NCBI GenBank assembly: GCA_003599595.1 | Contig: QZIP01000011.1 | Coordinates: forward strand, 2,638 to 66,637 | Direction of reading: 5' to 3' | Length of the DNA: 64,000 nucleotides | Origin: Candidatus Parcubacteria bacterium | Lineage (GTDB): Bacteria; Patescibacteriota; Microgenomatia; Levybacterales; GWA1-39-11 | Shown here: piece after piece, positions 35,618 to 45,228 of the stretch | Layout: each line of letters opens with the position of its first letter | Numbering within the stretch: position 1 is the stretch's first letter | Translations under genes and position numbers: made by a program | The notes under the pieces: model-generated | Databases searched by the model: none | What the model was told of the DNA's origin: nothing | The model's input: only the letters and a program-made list of their open reading frames with translations

Positions 35618-36487
35618 CTAAACCACAAGTAAAATTGTCCCCAGTATCATAATGCTTGCTCCAACTAATCTTTCTTTAATATTCGTTTCTTTAAAAATTA
35701 TTGCCCCCAAAAGAATTGTAAAAATTGGAGAAATTTTAAATACAGCCGTGGCATATCCTACATTTGTTAAAGAAAAAGCTGTAAAAGACAGCCATCTCCC
35801 CAAAACTGCAAAAAACGCAATAATTAAAAACCAGCCAAATTCATCTCTTACAACTCTATTTTCCCTCCTTAAGATTGGAAGCGCAAAAGGGATAATTAAA
35901 AGTGTAATAATTAAATCGCCAAAGAAAGCAACAAAAAGAGGCATAGAAGGATTGATAAGTGACATCGATTTTTTTTGAAAAATTGGCGTGATTGCCCATA
36001 TAAGATTTGCCAGTAAATATAGTTGAACTCCTCTATGTGAGAGGATATTTTTAAAAGGTGCAAAAATCCCCTTTTTAACCTCGCTTATATCCAAAAGATA
36101 TAATCCCAAAACTATTACCAATACTCCCAGTCCTCTTATGGGTGTAGGAATTTCTCCCAATGCAAAAGCGGCAATACCCATTGTAAATACAGGATTAAAG
36201 GCAGAAAATGGCGTAACTAAAGAAATAGGGGAGGTTTTAATTGACTTTAATACTGCTAAGAAAGCAGCAATATCAAGCACCGCAGAAATTGTCATAAACA
36301 AATAAAAAGTAGGTTCAATTTGAGGAACCCCTCCCAAAAACAAAACAATAACTGCAACTATTGGTACAACAAGAAGATTTACTAAAAGAAAAAAGGAGAG
36401 AGGACTAATGTTTTTTATTGCCTTTTTGGTAACAATTCCGGAAACTGATGTTCCAAGGGCAAAAAAGAGAGATAACCAAAACCACAT
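35618..36487 (-). CDS. EamA/DMT family transporter
   Basis: About 10 TMs in two repeats; 'PISLVTPF...LGE' and 'IFKE...RLVGASIMILG'. Confidence 0.9.
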   Translation of the reverse strand: MWFWLSLFFALGTSVSGIVTKKAIKNISPLSFFLLVNLLVVPIVAVIVLFLGGVPQIEPTFYLFMTISAVLDIAAFLAVLKSIKTSPISLVTPFSAFNPVFTMGIAAFALGEIPTPIRGLGVLVIVLGLYLLDISEVKKGIFAPFKNILSHRGVQLYLLANLIWAITPIFQKKSMSLINPSMPLFVAFFGDLIITLLIIPFALPILRRENRVVRDEFGWFLIIAFFAVLGRWLSFTAFSLTNVGYATAVFKISPIFTILLGAIIFKETNIKERLVGASIMILGTILLVV

Positions 36488-36504
36488 AAAAATATTTTAA
36501 CATT

Positions 36505-36655
36505 TACACCTTGGAGGAATCCATTCCTTCGGCTTCGCTCAGGACAAGTCAGCCACAGAGGTGGGGAAACAACGACTTCGGCTCCTCAGATGTCTTCGGC
36601 CGTGAGATCCTCGACTCTGAGGTTCGGACTCGAAGAGCTCAGACCGAACTGGGTG
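36505..36655. repeat. Composite GC-rich palindromic repeat cluster
   Basis: Family A arm CACCTTGGAGGAATCC, CTTCGGCTTCGCTCAGGACAAG and GTTCGG-(GAGCTC)-CCGAAC hairpins packed into an otherwise AT-rich spacer. Confidence 0.65.
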
Positions 36656-36690
36656 AAGTTATATTAACAGCGTGATAAAATGTTTTAGTT

Positions 36691-37215
36691 ATGACTATTT
36701 TTATTTTTAACATTTTTTTGATTGTAGCCGCAATCTTTTTATTAATTCTTCTTTCTATGATTTGGCCCCCAGATAGTCCTTGGTCTCCCTGGTGGAGGAC
36801 AAATAAAAATATTGCCCGTGCCGCCTGCCGCCTCGCCAAAATAAAAGAAGGGGACACAGTTTATGAATTGGGGTGTGGTGATGCAAGTTTTCTTTTAACA
36901 GCCAACAAAGAATACAAAGCCAAAACAGTAGGGATAGAAATCGATCCGGTAAGATTTTTTATCGCCAAATTAAGGTTTGCTTTAAACAAATGTAATCAAT
37001 CAAAATTATTAAAAAAAGATTTCTTTGAGGTTAGTCTTTCTGATGCTGATGTAGTTTTTGTTTACCTTGTCCCAAAAGCCTTAGAAAAATTAATACCAAA
37101 ATTTAAAAAAGAATTAAAACCTAAAGCAAAAATCGTGAGCTTAAGATATAAAATAAATTTACCGCTTCTTGAAGAAGACAAAAAATCAAAACTATATCTT
37201 TACAAAATCTCTTAA
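36691..37215 (+). CDS. Membrane-anchored class I SAM-dependent methyltransferase
   Basis: N-terminal TM; VYELGCGDA, VGIEIDP, ADVVFVYL. Confidence 0.88.
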   Translation: MTIFIFNIFLIVAAIFLLILLSMIWPPDSPWSPWWRTNKNIARAACRLAKIKEGDTVYELGCGDASFLLTANKEYKAKTVGIEIDPVRFFIAKLRFALNKCNQSKLLKKDFFEVSLSDADVVFVYLVPKALEKLIPKFKKELKPKAKIVSLRYKINLPLLEEDKKSKLYLYKIS

Positions 37216-37311
37216 CTTTGTCTAGTTTGCCTGCGACGTTAGTTATTTCCAGATGAGCAAATATAATAGTTTACAATCAGAGAAAATTAAAATAAAATTA
37301 AGTAAATTTAT

Positions 37312-38136
37312 ATGGATACAGGATTTGATAATCCAAAACCAGAACCCACTCCAGAACCACTAAGCGGTCAGGAAACTGCAAAAGGAATATCAGAAATGTA
37401 TGAAATAATAGGACCAGTTAATGGATGTCAGTTGGTAGAGCCTACTGCAGTATTGGCTGTTGCTGGATTAAAAGGTTATACATTTTTAGTAGATGCTATC
37501 GTAAACCAAGAAGAAAAAGATAATGCAAGTAAATTAAATTCCCAATTAGAACAAAAAGGTCTTCATGTAGGTTATTCAGACAAATTAAATCAAATGACCA
37601 TAAGTAATTTAAGAGGCTTGGAATATAAAACTAAAAGAACAAAATTGCCAGGATTTTTTCCTTATTCAAGCAATTCAGGATTTTCAGGAAAAAATAGGTG
37701 GCATTGGGAAGTAGATAAGAGAATAGAACTTGTAAAACAACAAGGAGTTTTAAGTTCCGATGTTGAAACAAGAATTTATGAAGAAGCCGTTATGTTTGGC
37801 TATCCAGATCAGGCTGCAATAGATTTTGAAGAATGTTTGCGAACAGGAGATATTAATAAAGATTTAATTTCTTCCGATATTGAGCTGGCTCATCCCGACG
37901 CAAAAAAATATAAAGGTCCATCTTCTGATTTTGATTATTATCCTTCTTCTGCAAAGGATCCTGAAATCATTGAATATATTTCAAAAGCAAAGCAAATAAT
38001 TCAAGATTTTTACAATAGTGAATGGTTTGTTAAAATATCTCAAGACCCCAATTTTATAGCTGCAAGAGAGGCTCAAAACTTAAGACACAAAATGAGAATT
38101 GACCAATTACTCTCAAGACGAAAACAAAAAAGCTAA
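37312..38136 (+). CDS. Hypothetical protein
   Basis: 274-aa ORF; 'MFGYPDQA' motif. Confidence 0.8.
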   Translation: MDTGFDNPKPEPTPEPLSGQETAKGISEMYEIIGPVNGCQLVEPTAVLAVAGLKGYTFLVDAIVNQEEKDNASKLNSQLEQKGLHVGYSDKLNQMTISNLRGLEYKTKRTKLPGFFPYSSNSGFSGKNRWHWEVDKRIELVKQQGVLSSDVETRIYEEAVMFGYPDQAAIDFEECLRTGDINKDLISSDIELAHPDAKKYKGPSSDFDYYPSSAKDPEIIEYISKAKQIIQDFYNSEWFVKISQDPNFIAAREAQNLRHKMRIDQLLSRRKQKS

Positions 38137-38177
38137 AACTCATTGACTTTAATAAGATATTATATTATAAACAAACC

Positions 38178-38579
38178 ATGGAACAGCAAGTCCCTCCTCA
38201 GGAAGCATCAGAAGGACAAAGAACTGAAAACTTAACTCAAAGTTTACAAACTGTATTAAAAGACGCTGAAACAAAAGATCCAGAGATGGTCCATTTGGTT
38301 AATCAAGCTTTAGCAGGAATGATAGAATATATAGTAAATGCAGAACCAGGAACTCAAACAGAAGAAGTTAAAGGCACAATGGAAGGAATGGGTATGGTGT
38401 TTAATAGAAATGATTTAGATGTATCTCAGGGAACAGCAAAAGATGCAAGACGTATAGCAATGTTTTTGCAAAGAGTAAAAAATAAAGCTGGAACAATAAA
38501 CGATCAAGGAGAAGCAGAGGTAAAAGTTAGTTTAAGTCCAACTTCAAGATCTACAAAAGTAAATCTTCCAAAACAATAA
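38178..38579 (+). CDS. Hypothetical protein
   Basis: 133-aa ORF with its own TTGACT promoter. Confidence 0.75.
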   Translation: MEQQVPPQEASEGQRTENLTQSLQTVLKDAETKDPEMVHLVNQALAGMIEYIVNAEPGTQTEEVKGTMEGMGMVFNRNDLDVSQGTAKDARRIAMFLQRVKNKAGTINDQGEAEVKVSLSPTSRSTKVNLPKQ

Positions 38580-38592
38580 CTTAAAAATAATT

Positions 38593-39369
38593 TTAAATAG
38601 ACTCTGTGTATTTATCCACTAATTGCAATAATATACTTCCTTTTTTGACTAACTCGTCACTTTCAAGATTATGAACTTCATATAAATTTACGAATTGAGG
38701 ATATAACTCAGGTAGTTTTAACATTTCAACAAATTGTTTTTTAATCCATTTGTCATATGCAATTGGATAAGTTTTTTTCGCAATAAACAAAGCTTGCATA
38801 AATTCTCTCGTAGCATCATAAAATCTTTTAAAAGCCTGAAAGTATAATTCTCTTTTTACATAAGGTTTAATATGCCAGACGTTATTGCTGCAATAGGTAA
38901 GTACCTCATTCAGCCGAGTTTTTCTTAGATTTTCATCATAATATGGCCAGTATCTTTCCTTTGCTTTTGTAAATGAATCTTCCCTTTCAAATATTAGACA
39001 TGAATAGATAAAAGTATTTCCAATTTCAAGTTCAAAACTATCAGGTCCACTTGTCCAGTCTCTATCAGGCACATCTATAACAAATTTTCTTGAATGAAGA
39101 TCAACACCAAAGTATATGCCGATATCATCTTTTGGTTTAGAATATATTTCTTCTTTTAACAATTTTTCTGCCCCTGATATTACTTGATCTTTATTTGCTC
39201 CTTCTTTAAAAAAGATGTCAAAGTCTAAATCAGAATCAAACGATCCTTCATTTCTTGCCGCAGAACCAGTTAAACTCAAAGCAAGTACACGTTCTTCTTT
39301 CTCAAAGTATTTCTTAACTAAATCAAAAGCTTTCTGATGTGTTGCAGTAGCCAGTTTTAAATTATTCAT
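38593..39369 (-). CDS. Nucleotidyltransferase (pol-beta superfamily) with helical C-terminal domain
   Basis: LTGSAARNEGSFDSDLDFDI motif. Confidence 0.85.
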   Translation of the reverse strand: MNNLKLATATHQKAFDLVKKYFEKEERVLALSLTGSAARNEGSFDSDLDFDIFFKEGANKDQVISGAEKLLKEEIYSKPKDDIGIYFGVDLHSRKFVIDVPDRDWTSGPDSFELEIGNTFIYSCLIFEREDSFTKAKERYWPYYDENLRKTRLNEVLTYCSNNVWHIKPYVKRELYFQAFKRFYDATREFMQALFIAKKTYPIAYDKWIKKQFVEMLKLPELYPQFVNLYEVHNLESDELVKKGSILLQLVDKYTESI

Positions 39370-39395
39370 AGGATTACTATATTCAAAAGAATAAG

Positions 39396-39926
39396 CTATT
39401 TTTTGTATATTCTATATTCAACTTCGTCTAAAATTTGACCTGCTTGGTTGGGTTTTTTGTATTCATCCTCAATAATTCCTCCTAAGGATTCGGGAATTTT
39501 TCTACTAGGAATATTTTTTCTATCAACAGGATATTTTAAATATTTATAATCAAGATTTTGTTCTGCCCATTCTTTTAGGGTGGCAATTGCTTCTTGTCCA
39601 AAACCCTGTCCGTGCGCACTCTTTTTAATCCAAATACCTAATTCAGGTGTTTTAGTATCTAAGCTATGGAGACCTGCACACCCTAAAAACTCGTTGTTGT
39701 CATTTTTTATTATCACAGTTTGCAAATCTTGTCCTTTTCTCACTTTTTCTGTAGCGCTACTGATCCACTTTTCTATATCTGAAATATCATTAGGAGACTT
39801 AGGATACATAAAAGTAGTTATTTCAGGAGTAAATTCCTGAAAAATTTGCTCTGCAAAATCAAATGAAATTGGTACTAATCTTATTCTTTTACCAACAAGT
39901 ACAACTTCTCTTAAATCTATTTTCAT
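39396..39926 (-). CDS. RimJ/RimL-type GNAT N-acetyltransferase
   Basis: ELGIWI...HGQGFGQEA...NIPSRKIPESLG. Confidence 0.9.
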   Translation of the reverse strand: MKIDLREVVLVGKRIRLVPISFDFAEQIFQEFTPEITTFMYPKSPNDISDIEKWISSATEKVRKGQDLQTVIIKNDNNEFLGCAGLHSLDTKTPELGIWIKKSAHGQGFGQEAIATLKEWAEQNLDYKYLKYPVDRKNIPSRKIPESLGGIIEDEYKKPNQAGQILDEVEYRIYKK

Positions 39927-39957
39927 ACCTATGCTATCAACTTCCAGGTAGACATTT

Positions 39958-41061
39958 TTAACGGCCCCTTAGTTTATTCAGTTTCAAAAGAGCCCAGCGT
40001 GTTTTATCTGCTCCTTTATAAAAATTATAAAGAACCGGGTTGATTATTAAATCATAACTTCCAATAAATTCAGTTAATTCTCCTCCATATCCCTGTTTAA
40101 ATCTATGAAATCCATACCAGGGATCACGGGTGTCAGGCTCTGGTCCCATTGCTCCCCACATGTCAAATTTTTTAAGTCCTAAGCGTTTTCCAAGTTTTAT
40201 TGCCTCCCAAGCTATTAAATTTGAGGCCATAACCTCTTTAAATTTACTGCTTGATGCGCCATAAGGGTAGTAAAGCGTATCTTGAAAAGTAAAAAGCACC
40301 CAGGAAACAAGAGTATGTATACTACCATTGTCTGCTTTATGTTTTGCATTCAATAAATGATAGGCTAGCCTATTTTTGTCTATTTTTTCAATTTCTTCTT
40401 TTGCCCCTTTAGTCTTAGGAGATGAATTTGGGTTAGGGTTCAAACAAATCGTCTCCCAAAGCAGTTTATGATAGTCTGGGGTGTGGGCATAAAACCTTTG
40501 TCTTGTTGTTGTTTCTTGGGTCAAGTTCAAATAGTTATTAAAAGCCTCTTTTGAATTGTCTTTTTCTATAAATACACCTTTTTTCTGAGCAAGCCGTACA
40601 TTGTAGCGGGTTTTAGATTGCATTTGGGCTAAAAGTTCTTCCTCACTTCTTGTTAAATCCAGCACAAAAGTATATTTAGTAAACAACGGATGAAAAGCAA
40701 CTCTCAATCTTTCATCAACTTTGAACTTTGAACTTTGAACTTTGAACTTAATTATGTTCGGTTCCAACTGTATAAAAATACACTTTTCTTCCTTGCCAAT
40801 TCTTTGGATCTCATCAAGAATTTCTTTTTTGGGAAAATTTCCTTTTGGAAGATATCCCACAAAATAAGGTAAATAAGGGATTTTATGTATTGTTAAAGTA
40901 AAACCATCTATTATTTTGTTGTTTTCAACCAAGGCTCGTCTTATAACCTTAATCCCAGTTACTTTTCTAAATTCTCCCCACTCAAAACTCTGCAAAGGAT
41001 GTGTAGCAACTTTGTTGTAATCTTTTCTTTTTTTATTATCCACATCTATAAATTTTTTCAT
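39958..41061 (-). CDS. FemABX family peptidoglycan bridge peptidyltransferase
   Basis: HPLQSFEWGEF, TRYNVRLAQKKGV, YYPYGASS, FDMWG...GFHRFKQGYGG. Confidence 0.93.
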   Translation of the reverse strand: MKKFIDVDNKKRKDYNKVATHPLQSFEWGEFRKVTGIKVIRRALVENNKIIDGFTLTIHKIPYLPYFVGYLPKGNFPKKEILDEIQRIGKEEKCIFIQLEPNIIKFKVQSSKFKVDERLRVAFHPLFTKYTFVLDLTRSEEELLAQMQSKTRYNVRLAQKKGVFIEKDNSKEAFNNYLNLTQETTTRQRFYAHTPDYHKLLWETICLNPNPNSSPKTKGAKEEIEKIDKNRLAYHLLNAKHKADNGSIHTLVSWVLFTFQDTLYYPYGASSSKFKEVMASNLIAWEAIKLGKRLGLKKFDMWGAMGPEPDTRDPWYGFHRFKQGYGGELTEFIGSYDLIINPVLYNFYKGADKTRWALLKLNKLRGR

Positions 41062-41063
41062 AA

Positions 41064-42947
41064 TTAAAAGTTTATATTGTCAAATTGATCAACAAGATTA
41101 TATTCCCGTACTTCTTCCGGTAGCTCAAATATAAATCTTGAAGGCATATTTGAATTCCTCTGCCCAAAAAACAATCTATTTTTGGCATACGTTAAAAATA
41201 GCTTTTCTTTTGCCCTGGTAATTCCAACATAACAAAGTCTTCTTTCTTCTTCAAGCTCACTTTTGTCAAAAAACGATTGACTATGCGGAAATAGTCCTTC
41301 TTCCATTCCTACCATAAATACCATTTTAAACTCAAGTCCTTTTGCCGCATGTAGAGTCATAAACGTCACTGCCTCAATCTCTTCACCGATCACTTTATTT
41401 TTTGAAGAATTTAGTTTACGGTCAGGTAAGTATTCTTGTTCTACCAATGCCACATTTTCTAAAAATTGGATTAGATTTGTAAATTCTATTGCAACAGACC
41501 TAAGTTCTTTTAAATTTTCCAACCTTGCTTTGTCTTCCGCAATGCTCTCATCATACAGTGAAAGATAAGAAGTTTTTTTCATCACCTCATCTAGAATTTC
41601 TATTGTTGCCTTGTTTGTAATATAGCCATTTTTATTAAATTCTTCAACATATTTTATAAATTCCATCATTCTTCTTTTCCCTAATTTTTCAATTCTTTTT
41701 AAGGCAACTGAATCTTTCTGGTTGGCAAGAAATGAGAGGTATGATAAGGCATCTTTAACCTCTTTTCTTTCATAAAACCTTGTTCCCCCAATCAAGATAT
41801 AGGGAAGGCTATTGTGTAAAAATACTTCTTCAAGAGCACGGGACTGAGCATTCATTCTGTATAAAACTGCCACATCTCTTAAAGAAAAATGTGGATTCCG
41901 GCTTTTTTGTTCAAGGATTTTACTGATAATTAACTCTCCCTCATCGTGTTCGTTTTGAACCTCAAAAATACTTATTTCTTCACCTTCCGGGTTTTCTGTC
42001 CAAAGAGAGAGAATAGGGTGTGATTCATTTTTTGAAATCACAGAATAAGCCGCGTCAAGTATTTTTTGGGTTGATCTATAATTTTGTGATAAAGAGAAAG
42101 TTTTGGCTTCAGGAAAATCCTTTTTAAATTTATCAAGATTTCTAAAGTCGGCACCTCTAAAGCTATAAATACTTTGAGAAAAATCTCCAACCACACAAAC
42201 ATTCCTATTTTTTGCAGATAAAAATTTTGTCAGTTGATATTGCGCCACGTTAGTATCTTGATACTCATCAACTAAAATATATAAAAACTTATCTTGATAT
42301 TTTTCAAGAACAAAAGGATCTGTCTTAAAGAGCCTTATTGTTTCAAGCAGTAAATCATCAAAATCCAAAGCATCATTTTCCTTGAGTTTTTCTTGATAAA
42401 CAAGATAAATCCTTGCCGCATTTTCCTGAAAGTAGCCGTGAGCAACAGATGCATAAAGCTGAGGCGTTATCATCTCATTTTTTGCTCCTGAAATTGCATT
42501 TAAAATAGAGCGTGCTTTTACCTCTTTGGCAGACATGTCCAAAAAATTTATTGACTGCTTAACCAAGTCCAGTTGATCTTGTTGGTCATATATTAAAAAG
42601 CTATTTGGAATTCCTATATTTTTCCCGTCTCTTCTTAAAATCCTGGCACAAAGACTATGAAATGTCCCTACAGTAGGCATCTGGTTTTTTGAAAGCAGGA
42701 TATTTTCATTTTTTAATAGCTTAATGATTCTCTCAAGCATTTCCCCCGCCGCTTTGTTGGTAAAAGTTGACATAAGAATATTGGAGGGATCCACTTTTTT
42801 TTCCAAAATAAGATAAAGAACCTTATAAACTAAAACTCTAGTTTTTCCTGACCCAGCTCCGGCCAGTACTATGCTTGGCCCATCGGCAGAGGCTACTGCT
42901 GCTCTTTGTTCGGCATTTAATTTGTTGAGAATATTTGAAGAAGGCAT
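41064..42947 (-). CDS. pcrA: ATP-dependent DNA helicase UvrD/PcrA
   Basis: LAGAGSGKT, TFTNKAA, VDEYQDTN, QNYRST, TLHAAKGLEF, EERRLCYVGITRA. Confidence 0.96.
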   Translation of the reverse strand: MPSSNILNKLNAEQRAAVASADGPSIVLAGAGSGKTRVLVYKVLYLILEKKVDPSNILMSTFTNKAAGEMLERIIKLLKNENILLSKNQMPTVGTFHSLCARILRRDGKNIGIPNSFLIYDQQDQLDLVKQSINFLDMSAKEVKARSILNAISGAKNEMITPQLYASVAHGYFQENAARIYLVYQEKLKENDALDFDDLLLETIRLFKTDPFVLEKYQDKFLYILVDEYQDTNVAQYQLTKFLSAKNRNVCVVGDFSQSIYSFRGADFRNLDKFKKDFPEAKTFSLSQNYRSTQKILDAAYSVISKNESHPILSLWTENPEGEEISIFEVQNEHDEGELIISKILEQKSRNPHFSLRDVAVLYRMNAQSRALEEVFLHNSLPYILIGGTRFYERKEVKDALSYLSFLANQKDSVALKRIEKLGKRRMMEFIKYVEEFNKNGYITNKATIEILDEVMKKTSYLSLYDESIAEDKARLENLKELRSVAIEFTNLIQFLENVALVEQEYLPDRKLNSSKNKVIGEEIEAVTFMTLHAAKGLEFKMVFMVGMEEGLFPHSQSFFDKSELEEERRLCYVGITRAKEKLFLTYAKNRLFFGQRNSNMPSRFIFELPEEVREYNLVDQFDNINF

Positions 42948-43000
42948 TATAATGTATTAATTATATCACTTTTATTAACTCTTTGGCCTCAAAATGAGTT

Positions 43001-43663
43001 ATGGACAATAAAAAACTATTTATAGCTAATTGGAAATCTAATAAAACTTCCCAGGAGGCAGTTGAGTGGTTAAAAATCTTCAAAGATAACTTAGTAAAAA
43101 TCAATCTTGAAGACAAAGAAATTATTGTTTGCCCTTCTTTTATCGCATTATCTTCCTGTTATTCATTTATAAAAGAAAATAATTTACCAATAAAATTGGG
43201 AGTACAAAACATTTCAAAGTTTGGAGACGGTCCGTATACGGGAGAAGTGAATGTAAGACAAGCAAAAGAATATGTTGAATACGTTTTGATTGGCCATTCT
43301 GAAAGGAGAAAATATTTTTTTGAAACAGATCAGGATATTGAAGAAAAGACAAGGCTTGCAAAAGAAATTGGTTTGAAAACAATTATTTGTGTCCAAAATG
43401 AAAATACAAATATCCCACAGTTATCAGAAATTGTTGCTTATGAACCGGAATCGGCAATTGGAACAGGAAATCCGGAGGATCCTCAAAACGTTGCAGACAT
43501 AGTTTCAAATATACATAGTAGAACAGGGAAAGACATTTTTCTTTATGGCGGTAGTGTAAATGAAGAAAATGCACAATCTTTTCTTGAAGCCCCAATGATT
43601 TCAGGTCTACTTGTAGGAACAGCAAGTCTTGACCCATATACATACATAAAACTTCTCTTATAA
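43001..43663 (+). CDS. tpiA: Triosephosphate isomerase
   Basis: ANWK, GHSERR, AYEP, LYGGSV, GLLVGTASL. Confidence 0.95.
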   Translation: MDNKKLFIANWKSNKTSQEAVEWLKIFKDNLVKINLEDKEIIVCPSFIALSSCYSFIKENNLPIKLGVQNISKFGDGPYTGEVNVRQAKEYVEYVLIGHSERRKYFFETDQDIEEKTRLAKEIGLKTIICVQNENTNIPQLSEIVAYEPESAIGTGNPEDPQNVADIVSNIHSRTGKDIFLYGGSVNEENAQSFLEAPMISGLLVGTASLDPYTYIKLLL

Positions 43664-43664
43664 A

Positions 43665-44801
43665 ATGCTAAAAAGAAAAAAAACTCAACTTATTATTATT
43701 GTTTTAATATTGATATTATTTGCCGGAATTTTTATATATTTTCAAAAATTTCAGGGAGGAGTTTCATTTCTTTTTGGAATGACTGTCAATAAAAGTATTG
43801 AACTAAAAAAAGATAATAGTATTAATATCTTATTTTTAGGCATAGCGGGAGGAAAACACGATGGAGCAAATCTATCAGACACAATTATTTTTGCAAATCT
43901 AAATCCATCCAACAACAGTATAAACCTTGTATCTATTCCCCGTGATCTCTGGATTCCCTCACTCGCGGCAAAAATTAATACTCCCTATGCAATTGGGCAA
44001 ATGCAGGAAAAACAAGGAATTGACTCAGCCCGTAAAGGTTTAGAATTAATATTAGGAGAAAAAGTAGATTATGTATTGGTTGTTAATTTTAAGGGCTTTG
44101 AAGACTTTATAGATATGTTGGGAGGGGTAGACGTAGAGGTGCAAAAAACCCTAGATGATTACGAATATCCAATAGAGGGGAAAGAGAATGAGCTTTGCGG
44201 CCATAAAGAAGAGGATATTCCTTTTCTTGCGACTTCTTCAGCTGCTCTAGAGGCCTTTCCTTGCAGATATCAGCATCTTCACATAGAAAAAGGAGTTCAG
44301 CATATGGATGGAAAAACTGCTCTTGCATTTGCCCGTTCAAGACATGCACAAGGCGCAGAGGGAACAGATTTTGCAAGAAGCACAAGACAGCACCAGGTAA
44401 TAACAGCTACAAAAAGCAAGTTCCTTTCTCTTGGAACACTTTTTAATCCAATAAAGACTCTTGGTATCTACAATGTCCTTAAAAATAACATTGACACAGA
44501 TATTTCAGCAGACGAAATCGACGACTTTATAAAACTTGCTCAAAAAATGAGAAGTGCAAGAATAAATAATGATGTACTAGATATGGGCGATGCCAAGCAA
44601 AATAGATATGGGCTTTTAGCAAATCCTTTTCCATCAGAAGAGTATAAAAACCAATGGGTTCTTATTCCAAGAATTGGCAACGGGGATTTTTCAGAAATCC
44701 AAGAATACATAAAATGCGTAATAGAAGGGAAAATTTGCACAATTGCAAAAGACGATATTATAATCCTTGATCCTCAGGAATTAAAGAAAAAAGACAGCTA
44801 G
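43665..44801 (+). CDS. LytR/CpsA/Psr (LCP) family glycopolymer transferase
   Basis: N-terminal TM; NILFLG...SDTI, SIPRD, ALAFARSR...DFARSTRQ. Confidence 0.93.
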   Translation: MLKRKKTQLIIIVLILILFAGIFIYFQKFQGGVSFLFGMTVNKSIELKKDNSINILFLGIAGGKHDGANLSDTIIFANLNPSNNSINLVSIPRDLWIPSLAAKINTPYAIGQMQEKQGIDSARKGLELILGEKVDYVLVVNFKGFEDFIDMLGGVDVEVQKTLDDYEYPIEGKENELCGHKEEDIPFLATSSAALEAFPCRYQHLHIEKGVQHMDGKTALAFARSRHAQGAEGTDFARSTRQHQVITATKSKFLSLGTLFNPIKTLGIYNVLKNNIDTDISADEIDDFIKLAQKMRSARINNDVLDMGDAKQNRYGLLANPFPSEEYKNQWVLIPRIGNGDFSEIQEYIKCVIEGKICTIAKDDIIILDPQELKKKDS

Positions 44802-44803
44802 CT

Positions 44804-45172
44804 TTATCTTAATAATTCTTTCATTTCTTCCTCAAATAGCTTACTGAAATCATTCTCGTACTCTTTAAGATGAGTTAATTTAATAGGATTTATTAAAGAA
44901 GAAAGCACAATATCTTTATCAAGATTTGGAGCTTCTGAAACCCAAGGAATTTTATCAATATATTTTTTTACCGGAATCATGTAATATATTTCCTTAAGCC
45001 CTGCCCAGCTGCAAGCACTAATGCACATAAGACAAGGTTCAGTAACTGTAACAATAGTGAGCCCAGTATTAAAAGCACTATTTTTTATATTGCAAGATTC
45101 TTGCATTGCCAGTCTTTCAGCATGGGCTGTTGCATCTTTATTGGTGTTTATACCCTCGCCGTTATGAAATAG
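44804..45172 (-). pseudogene. 5'-truncated zinc-dependent nucleoside/tRNA deaminase
   Basis: Frame stays open upstream of the listed ATG: ...NKDATAHAERLAMQ...EPCLMC, but an in-frame TAG at 45173-45175 comes before any standard start codon. Confidence 0.65.
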
Positions 45173-45228
45173 CTAGTCCCCTTGGGGGAACACATTTTCA
45201 AGTGTGAAGGGTATACTCTAATATTCAC

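Noticed and set aside
38593-39926. GNAT + nucleotidyltransferase as a toxin-antitoxin or antibiotic-resistance pair
   Set aside because: No HEPN RxxxxH or antitoxin-like partner is seen, the NTase has its own leaderless promoter, and the substrate cannot be inferred.
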